A stretch of 62,673 bases of DNA, counting the filler, from Rhabdomonas costata (taxonomy: Eukaryota), in NCBI GenBank assembly GCA_019059605.1. It is 19 parts of 19 records of this genome, joined end to end, with 100 filler letters (N's around TTAATTAATTAA, not from the genome) between each part and the next. Parts side by side here need not be neighbours in the genome. Positions count along the whole stretch, not along the records: positions 1 to 3,207 come from JAHMHO010001186.1; positions 3,308 to 6,512 come from JAHMHO010001187.1; positions 6,613 to 9,816 come from JAHMHO010001188.1; positions 9,917 to 13,120 come from JAHMHO010001189.1; positions 13,221 to 16,420 come from JAHMHO010001190.1; 14 more parts are not named here. One strand, written 5' to 3'. The translations under genes were made by a program, and so were the position numbers. The notes beneath the pieces are model-generated. The model made no database searches. It was not told the origin of the DNA and saw nothing but the letters and a program-made list of their open reading frames with translations. Positions 1-13,629 of this stretch are shown in pieces; positions within the stretch are counted from its first letter, which is position 1, and each line of letters opens with the position of its first letter.

Positions 1-1549
1 GGGTGTGTGGAAGGATCTGCTGCGGAGGTCACCAACCTCCACCGGGGGGACCTCCGCAGCAGATCCTTCCTCACAGGCACAGGACACACGTTTGGTCTCC
101 ATGTTGAAAAAACACCCGGAAAAGAAAATCTCACAGCTCTGCGAGGATGCGCGGATGTGTGTGCGTGTGTGTCGTTCCGCAATCGACTTCGGTGTGACTG
201 CTGCCAAAAGAGGAATTTATGGTCCACAAAGCCCCACAAAGCAGAGCACCACATGTGATGCACATCTTGTCAGAAACTCGGGCGATACAGCACGTCAAAG
301 CACCGAACACATCGCGATACGCCATTGCCACATCGAATTTCTCGCACCCCCCCCCCCCCCCCCTCGATCATTTATGCGAAGCACAGAGAGACTCATCATA
401 CCATTACCATCGCTTTGCAAGTTGCTCCTGATTTCGTCTCCTGCCTTGTTTGTTTTAACTCGTTCATCTGTAATTTAGGGTTCCCTTTTTGTATATCGCT
501 TTCTTTCCCGCACGCTGTCCTTCTGTGCGTAGCATTTTTCGCTCTCTGCTGCTGAACACCTGACATGCAGTCATTTCCCGTAGAAGACTCGTAATTTATC
601 CTGAACCGGAGACTCTTGCTCTTGTATCCGCTCTGCTTTGGAAACTCTGGGGAGCAGAGGATGGCGGTTTTGTAGCCGGCACGATCACGCACCCCCCAGC
701 CCGCCCCATTTCCGGCCTTTTCCTTCGCTCCCAAGAAAGGGAATAAAAGGGCCTTCACAGAACACGGAGGACCGTTGGGGGTCACAACCCACTGCAAGGT
801 AATACAATAATGGCATGAACGCAGGCAAAAACCTGAGTCAACACAGCACGGCGCCAAGCACTAAGAAATTTCTGGGGTTCATCTTTTCAGGTGATCCAGC
901 CAGTGGGAAAAGAGGTGCAAAGTGGTTATTGTCGAAAATGCGGGTTGCGGTGTTGCCTTTTATCGTCTATCGGAGAGGAAGTAGAGGAATTGCGGAATTT
1001 TTTTTACTGCTGCTAGAAGTGACTTGGGGGGGGGGTAAGCAGTATTACGACGGTGAAGGGGGCTTCGTTCTTCGTTATACTTTGAAGCCATGGTTGTTGG
1101 AAAACTTGTCAAGCCATGAGTACTGACCATTTCCCGGGTGGGTGAAATAAACGTGTCCAAATCCGGACTTCAGGGAAGTGCGGATTATGGGCTAGCTACA
1201 CAGTTCTTTCACGTATTTCTGTTCTGGGCGTCCTTTCAGGTGGGCCAATCTAGCCTCTTCAGCCTCGGCCTACGAACCCTCACCAATCGTCGGGGGCCTC
1301 ACACGACACAGGACGAAAGCATGCAAGTTGGGAGGGAAGTGGGGTGACGGAGCCCTCAAAGCTGGTTTTCCGTCTTGCTACAACGCTACAACTGTATATG
1401 ATGAAATGATTGTACATCGTATAAAGTTGTCATACACCATATCGTTCTAACACCGTGCTTGTCCGTCATAACGTCGTTATACTGTTTTTGACATGGTGTG
1501 GTGTCGCCGCTCGACCATTCTTGCTGCACGCTGCATTCCTGCCACACAG

Positions 1550-1678
1550 GGCTTCAACTACTACTGCTGCCAGCAGTGTGGGCTCCGGTGGCGAGTCCTC
1601 ACCCAGAAGCGAAGAACTACTCTAGGCGCGCTGGCGGGTGCTCTTTCTGGAGTGACCATGGACAACGAAATAGCTTGA
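1550..1678 (+). CDS. Probable terminal exon of an unknown protein with a CxxC motif
   Basis: CACAG acceptor, then GFNYYCCQQCGLRWRVLTQKRR...NEIA-TGA with C-ending codon bias. Upstream exons are unresolved. Confidence 0.4.
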   Translation, partial: GFNYYCCQQCGLRWRVLTQKRRTTLGALAGALSGVTMDNEIA

Positions 1679-3207
1679 GGCGATGCAATGGCAGGGACTG
1701 GTGCCGGGCTGTTTTTCTCTTTTTGCCGCACTTCCCTCCCCCTCCCCCGTACATATTTGTGCGTACTCGGGCGAGAGGTCTTTTCTTTCAAAGCCTTTTG
1801 GTTTGGGTCTTTTTGAGCTCACGCGACCATGGTAGGTGGGCGACAGTGCTATGATCCTTTGTCCCGCTCCACGTTCCACTGTGAGGTAATCCTGAGTACC
1901 GAGGTATCCGCTTGTATGTTGCGGTGATCCAGGACACCCCTTTTTTTGCACCCGTGCAGTGACGTGCGTGTTTGTGTGCCCTCGTGTGAGATTTGTCGTC
2001 TTTTTAGCATTTTTGTCGGCAACAGACGTGCTATTTTGTCCAGGTGACCTGTGTCAGAATCTGTGCCGTGGAGGATTTGCTTTAAGCAGTGCTGGTACGG
2101 TTTCATTGAGCATTCCTCCTTTTTAAAACGCTCCCCCTCTCCTTTTGTGCTTTTGGCTGTGCCCCTGATAGTCACTCTTGATAGTCAAGTCGCTCATTTT
2201 TCCGTGCCTTCTTGCTTCACTTCCCGTGCAAACCTGCCCCGCACAACTCACCGAACGGCGGAATGTATGACTTTGCCGACTGGACTGCTTTGTTATTTTC
2301 AATGTGCTTCATACTTTGGACCTGCCATATGCTTTGTTGCAGCTTGGTCGCCATGTATTAACTTTTAACATTTAATTTTCTCAGGAAGTCCCATCGCCCC
2401 GACCACCCTTTCCATTCCCTCTCCATCATCACGCCACTGCTACGCTATTCTTCTCAGCCGCTCATCAGTTGCCAGTTGCCAACTGTTGCCAGCTCACCAC
2501 CTCTCTTATTGCCCACATCTTCTAAAAATACCATAGTTGTAGAAGTACCATCAGACGGTCTGGTTTTAAGCTTTGCAAGGTATTTAGGAATCCTGAGGAA
2601 ACGCGCTCTAAGCTCTATAACCTTGGTTGTTTGAGGCGCGCCGCAATGAGACATGTTTTTGACATGTCGATGGCTGTGGCCGTTGCCTTCATTCTATCCC
2701 TTGCGACGTGGCGTGTGTATGATAATGAGAACGTCATCGGTCTAGTGATCGTTCTGATTTGAAGGAGGGGGGGGGCAGCGCTGCAGTCGGCGCCAATGTA
2801 GACTAAATGACGTTTTGGTGGGAAGGTTTTCCAGGGCAGGGAACTATGGGTGTGGTTGACTTGGAGTGTTTCCAGCGCCTATCGCCTGTTTTTAGAAAGA
2901 AAGGAAGCCATCGACCTTAAACAAATCGATCGAGAAACAAGCCGGAACCATGCTCCGCTGTCTACTAGCTTAGCCATTTTCCCACAGCCGCCAGAAATGA
3001 AAGAGACTGGCCTGGGTTCACGGACCAACGCGCGGCTGTTTCCTGCGCGTCGGCCCAAGTTCCCCTTATTTCATTCTCATTTCCCTCAACAGCAAATGCA
3101 GGCTCGTTTCCCGTGACGAAGCTGCGCAGGAATGTGATGAAGGGTTGTGAGAGGCCGACGAAACTCTCACCACACGGAATTCGTGAGTTCGTGTGGACAC
3201 CACACAC

Positions 3208-3307
3208 NNNNNNNNNNNNNNNNNNNNNNNNNNNNNNNNNNNNNNNNNNNNTTAATTAATTAANNNNNNNNNNNNNNNNNNNNNNNNNNNNNNNNNNNNN
3301 NNNNNNN
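3208..3307. other. Artificial contig spacer (first of 18)
   Basis: N44-TTAATTAATTAA-N44 has stops in all six frames. Identical spacers start at 6513, 9817, 13121, 16421, 19716, 23007, 26309, 29601, 32908, 36207, 39503, 42801, 46094, 49392, 52684, 55977 and 59268. Confidence 0.98.
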
Positions 3308-3538
3308 GTTTGTTCTGCGCCTGACGGTCTTCACTGTTGCTGTCTTGTGCATGTTGAAGTCCCCCTATGGTTTCTTGTCTTCGCGCCCACGGGGTTGCGT
3401 GGAAACACGAAAACAGTCACACAATCAGAAAGGTGGAAATGTTTCTTGTTGGCAGCTCCTCACGTTCATACTCATTCATTTTCTGAACAAAATGTCAAGG
3501 GATGCTATCCATCTTCAGTGGAAAAAGCAGTTTTCGTA

Positions 3539-6384
3539 ATGGGCGGTTACAAACGACGATCGCAGGTCTGGTGCGCGGCGCTTATCACTGCAGCATTGTT
3601 GCTGTCACGCTACCAGTGGACACAGCTGGGGCCTTCAGCACCTCCAGGCACCTCTGCTGAAGATGTTCGTCCTGTTTTAGTGGCCCCGTCATCCCCGGCT
3701 CCCCCTGGGCCGAAGGAGACCCTCCAGACTCACGTGCGAAATGAGCAGGCCCAAAGGCCCTCCAGCTCTGAAGTCCTCCGCTTTTTGGCTGGTTATTCGG
3801 GTGCGCCGTTCCATCGCAGTCAGTGAGATTGTGGTTTGAAACGTCGGAATTTGGCTTTTTCCCAATCCGTTGAGACGCTTTTTTCTTGGTTCTTTTTTGT
3901 TTATTTATGCATTGATTGCTTTTTTCCTCGTGGTTTCTTAGTTTTCTTTCTGCGCTGAATTGGCAGGGTTGCATGCGTTAGTTGCGTTGCAGCCTGACAA
4001 CCTGGGTGTCACACCCAATGTCGACGAAATGGCCAACACTTTGCCAACAAAAAGGGCTTAATGTGGGTTTTGCAGGGAAGCTTAAACAGAACAAAGGTCA
4101 CGCACAAACGTGGTGCCGACGGTTCACAGCAGTGAGCAGTACTGCCGTCTCTGGGGAGAGTAAACGCTCCGCAAAAGGGGACATACAAATGGTCACTGCC
4201 TACGATTCTTCCCCGGCTGTCTCTTTTTTCTCTTCAGGCAGCGCGGTTGTCGCGTCGAAATGGAGCGTTGACCTCTCCCACGTGTGCCTTTCACGGCAAG
4301 CCGAGCAGCAAGGTTTCTTCGCATACTATATTCTTCGCAGTTTCATTTCCCTGAGGGTTGTGTTTCTGAAATTCCCAGGAGCTCGCTGCAGGAGCTACAG
4401 CCCAGGTGATTCTTGTTTGTTGCGTTGCGACAGGTTAAAGGTTCTTGCGCCGTGTTTCTGTGCAGTGATCCACCTTTTTGGGGCTCCACCGCCCCGAAAC
4501 TGGAGGGAACTGACACCACCCTCACTTTTCTCTGCGACGACCACCACCGCACCAGCCTTTGCGAAAGGGGTGCTTCCCACCCGTCCGGTGGTCTTCCTGG
4601 AGGGGTCCTGGGTCTATCTCCCCGATCAATACAACATTGCGCACGATGTCGCGGACTCCTTCGCCGTTATGTTTGACCTGTTGGTGCACAAAAGACCCTC
4701 AGTGGGCCAGGTCTTCGACGCGCCAAAGGGGCCGGGTGACCTCACTATGTGCTCAGGACCAGGTTGAATTCGAGGAAATAGGAGCCCCTCCTCCTCCCAG
4801 CCAAATAGACAATGTTGCGGTCGGAGTGGTAGCTTTGAAGGGCGCCTCCATAAATGATGCACATGATCGAGCTCCAGTTGTCGTGGGCCTTAACCCGGCC
4901 AGCATCGACTGAGTGATTTTGGTGGGCACCTGCAATTTTTGATTGGGTCCCCTTTCCCGGGGATAGGGAGCAGGTGAGTTTTTTGTTTATATACGCAGTG
5001 GGCTAACGATCCACCTGCATCTCCATGTTGAGAACTTTACACGTCATGTGCTCCCAGGTTCAGCTCCTGGTTCATCCCCGTCTTCCATCCTCGTCGTACC
5101 TGTTGGAAATGGCGGCTACGTTGCTTTCGCCGAAAGCCATAGTCAGGTTTTCACTCGCCTTGCGGTCTGCACTTTCCTCCGCCGTTCACGTGATTTGGGG
5201 TAAGGGAGCGGGTGTGGTTCGCTTTGGTGTTGTCCAACGAGAAAACCTCCCTTACGGGTTGCGAAGCACGGGAAAATCTATAAAAATTGCAGGCGCCTTC
5301 GGGTGGTTGGTCATGACCACCCTTCGCAGCCCCTTCACCTCAACACACAAACACACCCATCCATCCACTCTAAGTGCTTTGCAGCTCCCAACATGTGAGC
5401 ACCCAGGTAGTGGGCGCCTTTTCACGTCCTTCTCTCAAGTCAAATCCACCCCCGCCGGAAACAAAAACAGAGACCCCTGTGGAGTGAACCGTACGGTGCT
5501 CTGCGTGGAGAAGCTCACGCTGTGTGGCAAGGACCGCCACTACGTGTCCTCCCCGGGGCTCCTGCCGCGGCTGCGGGCTCACGCGCTGGCGTTGCTGGGG
5601 CTGCCCAACAGCCGCCCCAGCCTCACGGAGGGTGTGTTCGTGGAGGGTGTGCGTGACAACAACAGGCGGGTTGGAGAAGAACAGTAGAATCAACAGTGAT
5701 CTATGGAAGGGAGCGAGCTAAGCAGGCAGAGTGCAGATAACAAAGCAAACTGGGACAAGAAAGGAAAACAACGCATTGTCTAGATGGAATGGGAGGGAGT
5801 AGGAAAGGAACCAATAAAGGGATAAAGGTGGAGAGGGGTGCAGGGAATGAAAGGCGTAGGGCATGGGTGATATGATGGCTGCCCAAAACGACCTTCTGAC
5901 AAATTGCTATGCTGGTGCACTCTGGCGACCTGGCTCACTGCCTCCCCCGCCACCACAAATCCATGTTGCCGTACGTCAGCATGGAGCTGGCCATGCCCAT
6001 CCGCATCCCAAGCACCGGGGGCGCCACCTCATTCCCAGCGGAGGTCTCCACTGAGGATTCATGGGGCTGAGGAGAGGTCGGAAAGAGATAGGTCAGCCGC
6101 CAATGATTTTGTTGGTTCATCTTTTTCGTGGAAAGAGGCCTGAGGTTTTGCTGTGCTGTGCTTTTTTGGTTCCGTCGTTGCACGATCGCTGCTGGCGCGC
6201 TGCAAGGTGTAAATTTGGTGGCCCAATCCTGAACAATCAATCAATCGATCAGTCAATCAATCTATTTATCAATGCACATGTCGCATTCGGAACCTTGGTT
6301 CTCCTCGCCACAGGCCTCCAAGTTTTGCTCTACACCAGAGCCCACGAGATTCGCCGCAGAATTCTCAACGTCGCAGCTGTGGAG
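3539..6384 (+). CDS. GT61/DUF563-like type II membrane glycosyltransferase, multi-exon, 3'-partial
   Basis: ATG at 3539 with a TM anchor (VWCAALITAALLL) and a Pro-rich stem. Later exons read DQYNIAHDVADSFAVMFDLL, VLCVEKLTLCG...LRAHALALLGL and GLQVLLYTRAHEIRRRILNVAAVE (R..RRILN motif). Confidence 0.55.
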
Positions 6385-6612
6385 GTGTGCCACCCGGGAT
6401 GGGGCAACCCCCCCTTTGGACGATCGTCATACCCCCCCTCAACTCCCTTAATTCCCTGGCCCTCAACTGGGTGAAGTTCTGCCTTCTCATCTTCTTTTCT
6501 CCCCACACCCCCNNNNNNNNNNNNNNNNNNNNNNNNNNNNNNNNNNNNNNNNNNNNTTAATTAATTAANNNNNNNNNNNNNNNNNNNNNNNNNNNNNNNN
6601 NNNNNNNNNNNN

Positions 6613-7680
6613 GTCACGCTTATGCAACAGAGAAGGCCCTGCTGCAGATCTGGCCGAAGGTGCGGGCCCTGCTCCCCGCGGAAGAGCCCGAGTTCGTGCA
6701 CTTCGGGCCCTTGGGGAACTACATTTTCCTGGACCCTGAGGGGGGCCTCGGGTGTCCGGACCCAAAGTTCAAGCACTACCCTGACACCCACATGGTGCTG
6801 TGGAAGAGGGGGGACGTCCGCCAGGCCTTCTATGACAGGTTTTTCACCCCTAGCCCGGGGAAGGGATTCTCTCGGCTCACCTCTGTTTGGTGGACGCTGG
6901 CGTTTTCCTGTTGCAAACGTTGAATCGAACCGAAGATGCGGAGGTGTGATAGAAACTCTGGCTATGCACTGTTCCTTGCACCAAGACGACCCACCTTTAT
7001 GTCGGCATCATCAAGCAATTACACACCTTAGAAAGGTTGTCTTAGTCTTTCTGGTTCCCCGGTATGTGATCAACAATGTGGTTGGCACAGGTCGCCATGG
7101 TTCTGATTGTTGAACGCTTTTTTGTGTGGCCTCCTGTGGACGTTTAACTTTGAACCGACCCGAAGACTCCAAAGCCTCACGCTCCATGCTTCCGCTTATC
7201 GCTCCAATGTGACACTCTGCTTCACTGTGTCTCGCACCAGGGCAATCCACCTGCACGTAGGCATCATTTTTTCTGTCTTCCCCGGAGTCCACGGGGCAGC
7301 GCGCTGGGCGGGCGCTGAGGCTCATAACTCTCCAGAAACGCCTGCTTGACTGCGCGATAGAGGCTTGGCTTAGGAGCACAGGGGTGCTCCGAATCCCTGA
7401 AAAGTAGTGGCACTCCCTGTTTTTCCCCGAGAACGAAAAGCGGGGGCACCGCAAGGTGGTGGGGTGGTGGCGTCAGCTCTCTGTCGGTGTTGTACCGCCT
7501 TTGTGTTCCGTTCTGCGCAGTGATGCGATTGACCACCCACGGCTGGAAGACGGGCGCAAGTCCTCGTACACCTCCACCATCACCAAGCTCTGCCTGGAGC
7601 AGGGCAGGGCCAAGGCCAACCGCAAGCTTCCGGTCATCTCCGTCACCTTCCCGGCGTACATTCACCCGCGATTCCTGTGA
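6613..7680 (+). CDS. Hypothetical protein, last two exons (6613-6838, 7521-7680)
   Basis: A GT-AG splice joins ...YPDTHMVLWKRGDVRQAFYD in frame to SDAIDHPRLEDGRK...IHPRFL-TGA. GC3 bias is strong. Family not recognised. Confidence 0.65.
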
Positions 7681-9023
7681 TTGAGGCAATCCTTACGATT
7701 CCCACCCAACGGTAGAGAGAGAAAAGAGGAAGAGGAAAGAGGAAGAGACACCGATGGTGAGCGAAAGGAGAACGCGAATGAAGAACCAGGGGAGAGGGAG
7801 GGAGAGGAAGAAAGCGTTTGGGTACGCCTCCACAAAGAATGCCACCACAAAAACTGAGACTGAAGCAGTACAACAACAATAAAACAGCAACCACGCACAC
7901 GCATACACACTCACAGGGAGACAAGAAATAGGGCAGCAACGAAAGCAAGGAGATGGGGGGAGGGGTACAGGCTGAACTATGGACAGCTTGTGCAGAAAGA
8001 AAGGAGCCCAACAAAGAAGAGAAAAGGGACCCATGTGAGTTGTAGAGGTGCGTGCGTGTACGCGCGGTATGTACATCTTGAACATCACGACAGTGGTTGC
8101 ACACGTGTGAGTGCGCACCCCAAAGAAAAGGGGAGGGTGGGTGGACGTCAGTTTTGGCGTGAGGAGCTAGTAGTAAGCGGTGGAAGGTAACCCTAACCCA
8201 CCGCATTCGTCTAAGTCAGCGGAGGTTACCCCGTGTCTATGAACCAGAAAGCCAGAGACGAGACCTAGACAGAGAGGAAGAAAGACTGTCGCACACACTT
8301 CGAAGAAGGGCTACCTTTTTTCCTATGCTGGAAGATGACGCGAGAGGCGTTACGCAGCAGAACCAGCGCTGAAGAGTAGGGAGAGAAGTCCGACGAGGGG
8401 CCGACAGGGAGGAAGATTGTGGAAGAGCATAAAAAAGAGTGAGTAGAGAGTGATGAGCAAATGCATCCCACAAAACACCCCACTGGCGATTTTTTGGCGC
8501 TCAAATCGGGTTGCTTTTTATGAGGGAAGGAGATTTTCACAAGTCACCGGCAGCTGACCCATGGCGTGCGGGGCGAACACCGATCCTACCCGACTGAACC
8601 CTCCACCCGAACAAAGCCAGATGCACACTTGGCTCTCTTCACCTAACCGGCTTCCCAAGTGACCATTCGAATTTAACCATCCTTCCAACTGATCGGGTAA
8701 ATTAGTCAGCGTCGCAGAAACGCACGATGGAAATTTTTTCGCTAACCTCAATTCTTGATTTGAATACCTGGGCTAAGGGCAAAATGATGGCAAGCAGGCC
8801 CAGGATCTTCTCGAAACGCCGAAACGGTGCAACGCGCTGCGAGGTTAGAGGAATTCTCATTATAGTTCCTTAGGGTTTGTCGAGCGGGATGCACACACTT
8901 GAATGGGCATGGTTTCCGAGTTCTACACAAGAGGCGGGAGGCAGAGCAGGTGGAAGCGAAGCCAAAAAGACAAGCGCCCCCTCGGTGTGGGCACGGCCCT
9001 GGAACGTGGCCCTGGCATGGAGC

Positions 9024-9795
9024 TCAGAACGGGGTCACCCACTTCCCAAAACTTAGCGCCGCGCGCAGCGCCAGGCTGGCCCTGCTCTTCGGGGTAGGCT
9101 GCACGGCGGCATGGCTGGAGATGGGTAGCGGGGAGTCCCCATGGAGAACCCGCAGGAGGTCCCCCAGCAGCGGGCCGCGCGCAACCGCGGCGCGGTCCTC
9201 CAGGATGTCCTCGATGACGGGCCCCGTGTGGGTCTGCCCGGGGTAGCACCGCAGCTCCACCTCCGCGCCTTGTGCCCTGAGGAAGGGGTTCATGACTTGC
9301 TGTTTCGCTGACTGGTGCTTCTTTTTGCAGCTTGGCGCTTATTGCTGCGTGAGGCCTAAAGAAAGGCTGAACCTCAATCACCGCAATCGGAGCACCCCAG
9401 GGCTTCTGCGGACCAGCGGATCAACCTTACTCTTACTCTTACCCCCAACCCCACACACTCACTCACGCTCCCATTCAACGCCAAAAAACCACTGGTTAGA
9501 TGCAAGCGATGGAGCAGGAGAATGCGTAGAATTCCTCGTAACTGCCAGGCTTTGCGACAGTTCTTCACCATGACCGAGACCACGGGACTGTGGACCTCCT
9601 ACACGGCTGTCGGGTGGCGGGCTCAGAACGACCTTCGGTAGGTCACCAGACTTTGTGCTGTTCGAGCCATGAGACGATGCGGTGTCCTTGTGAGTATGTG
9701 AGAAGGAAGAGGAGAAAGGGAGCGGGTGGTTCGGCACCTCAGCGCATTGGTCAGGGCCACGCTGAAGCTGGGCAGGGAGGTCACGTCGTTCTCAC
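9024..9795 (-). CDS. Alpha/beta-hydrolase, ICME/prenylcysteine methylesterase-like C-terminus
   Basis: Exons ~9795-9738 and 9276-9024 give ENDVTSLPSFSVALTNALR|AQGAEVELRCYPGQTHTG...KWVTPF-TGA. The catalytic Asp/His regions and terminal PF resemble ICME. Confidence 0.6.
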
Positions 9796-10555
9796 ATACT
9801 CACAAGGACACCCCACNNNNNNNNNNNNNNNNNNNNNNNNNNNNNNNNNNNNNNNNNNNNTTAATTAATTAANNNNNNNNNNNNNNNNNNNNNNNNNNNN
9901 NNNNNNNNNNNNNNNNGGGGGGTGTCACCAAACGTGCCCCTGGGATTTTGACGCTGAAGCGGTGAACTTTCTGGTGATTTTTATGCCGTCTACCGCGTCT
10001 GTCAGACTGGCGGAACTTTACCTTCGTAATTTCCGCGTGGAGGTTTGGTTTCTGAGTCCGAAGTAATCTCAAAATAGAAAGGATTATGTAATTCTGCATT
10101 CCTTGTCTCCTTATGGGTCAATGCTAGGACTAGGACAAAAACTGCGCTCATACTGTAGAATATCTCACACTGACTTTTCGGGGGAAAGGAGGACGAAATC
10201 GAAGACACAGATAAATTTAAGCGCAGCTTATGTTTCATTTTGCCCCAATTTTGGCTGTTTTTATATCCGTATGGGTCAAATTTGGGGGGCTTTCTGGAGA
10301 CTTCACAAGCCAGCATGGGAAGGTCATGATGCAAGAAAGAATTCAGGAGGAGGGAACAGTGCCTCAGGAGAAAAGTCTTTGGGCAAGCAGCGTCATTAAG
10401 TTTCGGAATTATTTGCAAGCTACGGAGAGGATTCTTTCCAAATTTCGGTTTTGTCTTTTTTTTGCTGGGGTTTGAAACCGTTTAACACCGCCTTCCTCAT
10501 GCATATTTTCGTCTTATTTTATCTGGGCGGATGCACGGATGCGCCTCGCTTACAG

Positions 10556-13114
10556 AACAAGAAGACGGACTTTTGCGCCCCACTGACCTCTTTTGACTGG
10601 AACTCGGACGACCCTCGTGTCATTGGTGTGTGTTTATGATTTTTTATGGCCCTTCCCTGAGGGCACTACCTGTGAATACTAATCAAAATGTGGTGGGCAG
10701 CACATTCGTTTGGCTTGTTTCTTGGGTGTCAGTTTTGTTTTCTTTGCGTTTGTGCTGCTCCGTACTCTTTTAATAACGAAACCGCTCGTAAAAACCTCAT
10801 CGAGTTTGCGCTGTTAGTGACTGCGTGCCACTCTGCCATTCGAAACCTCTTTTGAAGAATGGGAACGGACGTTGCACTTGGCTGGGAAAGGGGCTGCCCA
10901 TAGATCCAAAAGATTAACTATTTGGGCAAGCGGTGAGCGGGAGACTGCTTTTCCTTGTGAGGTGTTTTGGGTCCTTCGGTTCGCACTTATATTTAGGGAC
11001 GGCCTCCATCGACACGACGTGCTCCATTTGGGATATTGTGGTCTGTCCCTTTCCTGCTCCTGCTCCTTTCACTTCCCCGCAGCCCTCTCTGTTTGCTTTT
11101 TTGGCTTGTTGAGAGCGTATAATAATATGAAATGAGGCTCGGTCGGTGAACTCGACTTTTTGTGTGCATTTCCTGTGGCGAGTGATTGATTGTGTGGAAA
11201 ACCGGGAAAAAAATCTAATCAAAAAAGGCGGAGAAGGCGACCACTCAGCTTATCGCGCACGACAAGGAGGTCTATGACATTGCCTTTGCCAAGGGGGTTG
11301 ACACCTTCGCCTCTGTTGGCGCAGACGGCTCCGTGCGCTTGTTTGACCTGAGGTCTCACCTCAGACCCCCCCCCCCACGCTTAGGCAACAGCCACCAGCC
11401 CTGAGCTCGAACTGGGGCTTCCGATCACAATCGATTGTCAAGCACATCAAGGGAGGCTTTTTCACATTTCCTTCTTTAGTCATTGCTAAAGCAGAAAGTT
11501 GCCAATTTTGGATGGTTTGTGGCCCTGGATCAACCCCTCCCCTCCCCTCTCCCCACAACCGACTCGTCATGGGCGAGTCTACGTGCCTCAGAACGTTTGA
11601 CAGCAGCGAAGGGGCGCCACATAAATTGGCGGGTGCGCTGTTATGCCAGAGATGAAGAGATTTTTTTAGCAATCCTTCCAGTGGACAAGAGGTCCGCTTT
11701 GGTACCAATTGACTGCCTTCTTGTCACCCTGTGCTGGGGTGGGACCCAGTTCGTCTGCCCTCCCTCCCTCCCTTCGGTTGCTCGCTGTTTCACAGGAGCC
11801 TGGAGCACTCCACGATCATCTACGAGAGCACCGACAACCAGCCCATCCTGAGGCTGTGCTGGAACAAGCTGGACCCCAACTACATTGCCACCATCCTTGT
11901 CGACAGCTGCAGCATTATTGTGCTGGATGTCCGGTTCTCTGACGCCCCTCCCCCCAAAAAAATATCGGAAAGGCGAGTTGGCAATGCTGATAACCGAACC
12001 TCCCAGAGTCACCCGCACTTTGGTTTCTACACGGTTGCAAGAGTGTGTTTCCGTGATCCTCGTTTATTGAATATATGACGCTCGGAAACCTCATATTTGT
12101 GAGTAAGTCTGCATGCCTTCGTGTTTCCGTGTTTCCCCTTTGCCCGGGCGGGTGTCCCGAGTGCCCGCTCTCAGCAGACTAGGCGAGCACGGAGGGTAGG
12201 AGCTCGCTAGAACCGTGGTTTACTGCGAAAGTGAGGTTTCCCTAGAACCTCCGCCCAGCAGTGGGGTGATGATGCGGTCAGGCAGCGGGAGAGTATTCGA
12301 AAGCCCGCGGGAGGAAGAAAAGACCTGCACCAAAACCATGACTTGTGCACGAAGTGTGTGTGTGCGTGTGTGTCAAGGACGGACAGAAACCAAGCCTTCT
12401 TTGTCTTCACGCAGGTTGTGTACCTGACGATTCCGACTTTTGTTGTTCTCCTTGTTTTGTTTTTGGGCAGACCAGAGCAGTGTGTGCGTCTGTGTTTTTG
12501 TGTCCATTTTGGATGCGCAGCTGTGTGTCTCCATTGCTGGAGTGATATTCTGTCCTGTGCGCAGGGTTCCCTCGGTGCCCGTGGCGCTGCTCAGCAGCCA
12601 TCAGGGCGTTGTGAACTCCATCCAGTGGGCTCCCCACTCCAGTGGCCACATCTGCTCCGCCGCTGAGGACTCCCAGGCCCTCATCTGGGACCTGTCCTCC
12701 CTCCCCAAGTCCATCGAGGGTCTGTATCTTTGAGGGGGGGACCCCAGTCTTTCGGTGCCTAGTGCACCGTTTTTTGCCCCAGTAGTGTGGGATACCCAGT
12801 AATGTGTACACCTTCCGCGTGTCCGGAGCCTCATGCTGCAAACCTTTAAGGACAAAAAACCTCCAACATAAGCCCCCTGTGGACCCCCTGGAGAACGTGT
12901 ACGCTGTGAAAACCTTTTGCATTACCTTCACGCCATTTAACCCTTTCAATTCTTTTATTGGAATCCCTGATGGACTTACTACTGGGGCACCACAGATACC
13001 GCATGCCAGCAGCAGGACAGCCAAACGGGGAAAGGAAAGGATGCTGAGTGATCCGCTTCAAATGGTTCTCACGCAGACCCGATACTGGCGTATACTGCCG
13101 AGGCGGAAATCAAC
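10556..13114 (+). CDS. DCAF7: WD40 protein DCAF7/WDR68 (AN11-like), 6 exons, partial
   Basis: Spliced translation: [81 protein letters not shown]|..[41 protein letters not shown]. Confidence 0.93.
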
Positions 13115-13629
13115 ACCCCCNNNNNNNNNNNNNNNNNNNNNNNNNNNNNNNNNNNNNNNNNNNNTTAATTAATTAANNNNNNNNNNNNNNNNNNNNNNNN
13201 NNNNNNNNNNNNNNNNNNNNGTGTGTGGTTCCGCAGTGAGGGTTTTTTGGGGGAAATGGAGCACAATCTCTCTCTCTCTCTCTCTCTCGGAGCACATTCT
13301 TCCATTTTGGAGCGAGAGAATCATCAAACTAGCCACAAGCTGATTTCCGGCATTAACCCCAGAAATTGAAAGCTGCGAACCAATGTGCTCAGAAAGCGGG
13401 AGGGACGATGTGAGGATGTTCCTTCTTGCGACAGAACCCAGTTCTACAAAAAAAAAACGAGGGCCGGCACCATCTCTTTTAAAAAATCCGTCAGCACAGT
13501 TGCTGCACGAGAGGATTTCCCGAACCATTCGAGCACTCCCTGGATGCCAGGGAATACATATGCGTCAGTTTCAGTTTAGAAACAGTCTGGAAATGGAAAG
13601 CCGGTGTTTACCCTGTGACCTTCGATCTA

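Noticed and set aside
3252..3263. TTAATTAATTAA recurring every ~3.3 kb
   Set aside because: It is a synthetic linker. The periodicity reflects contigs of similar size.
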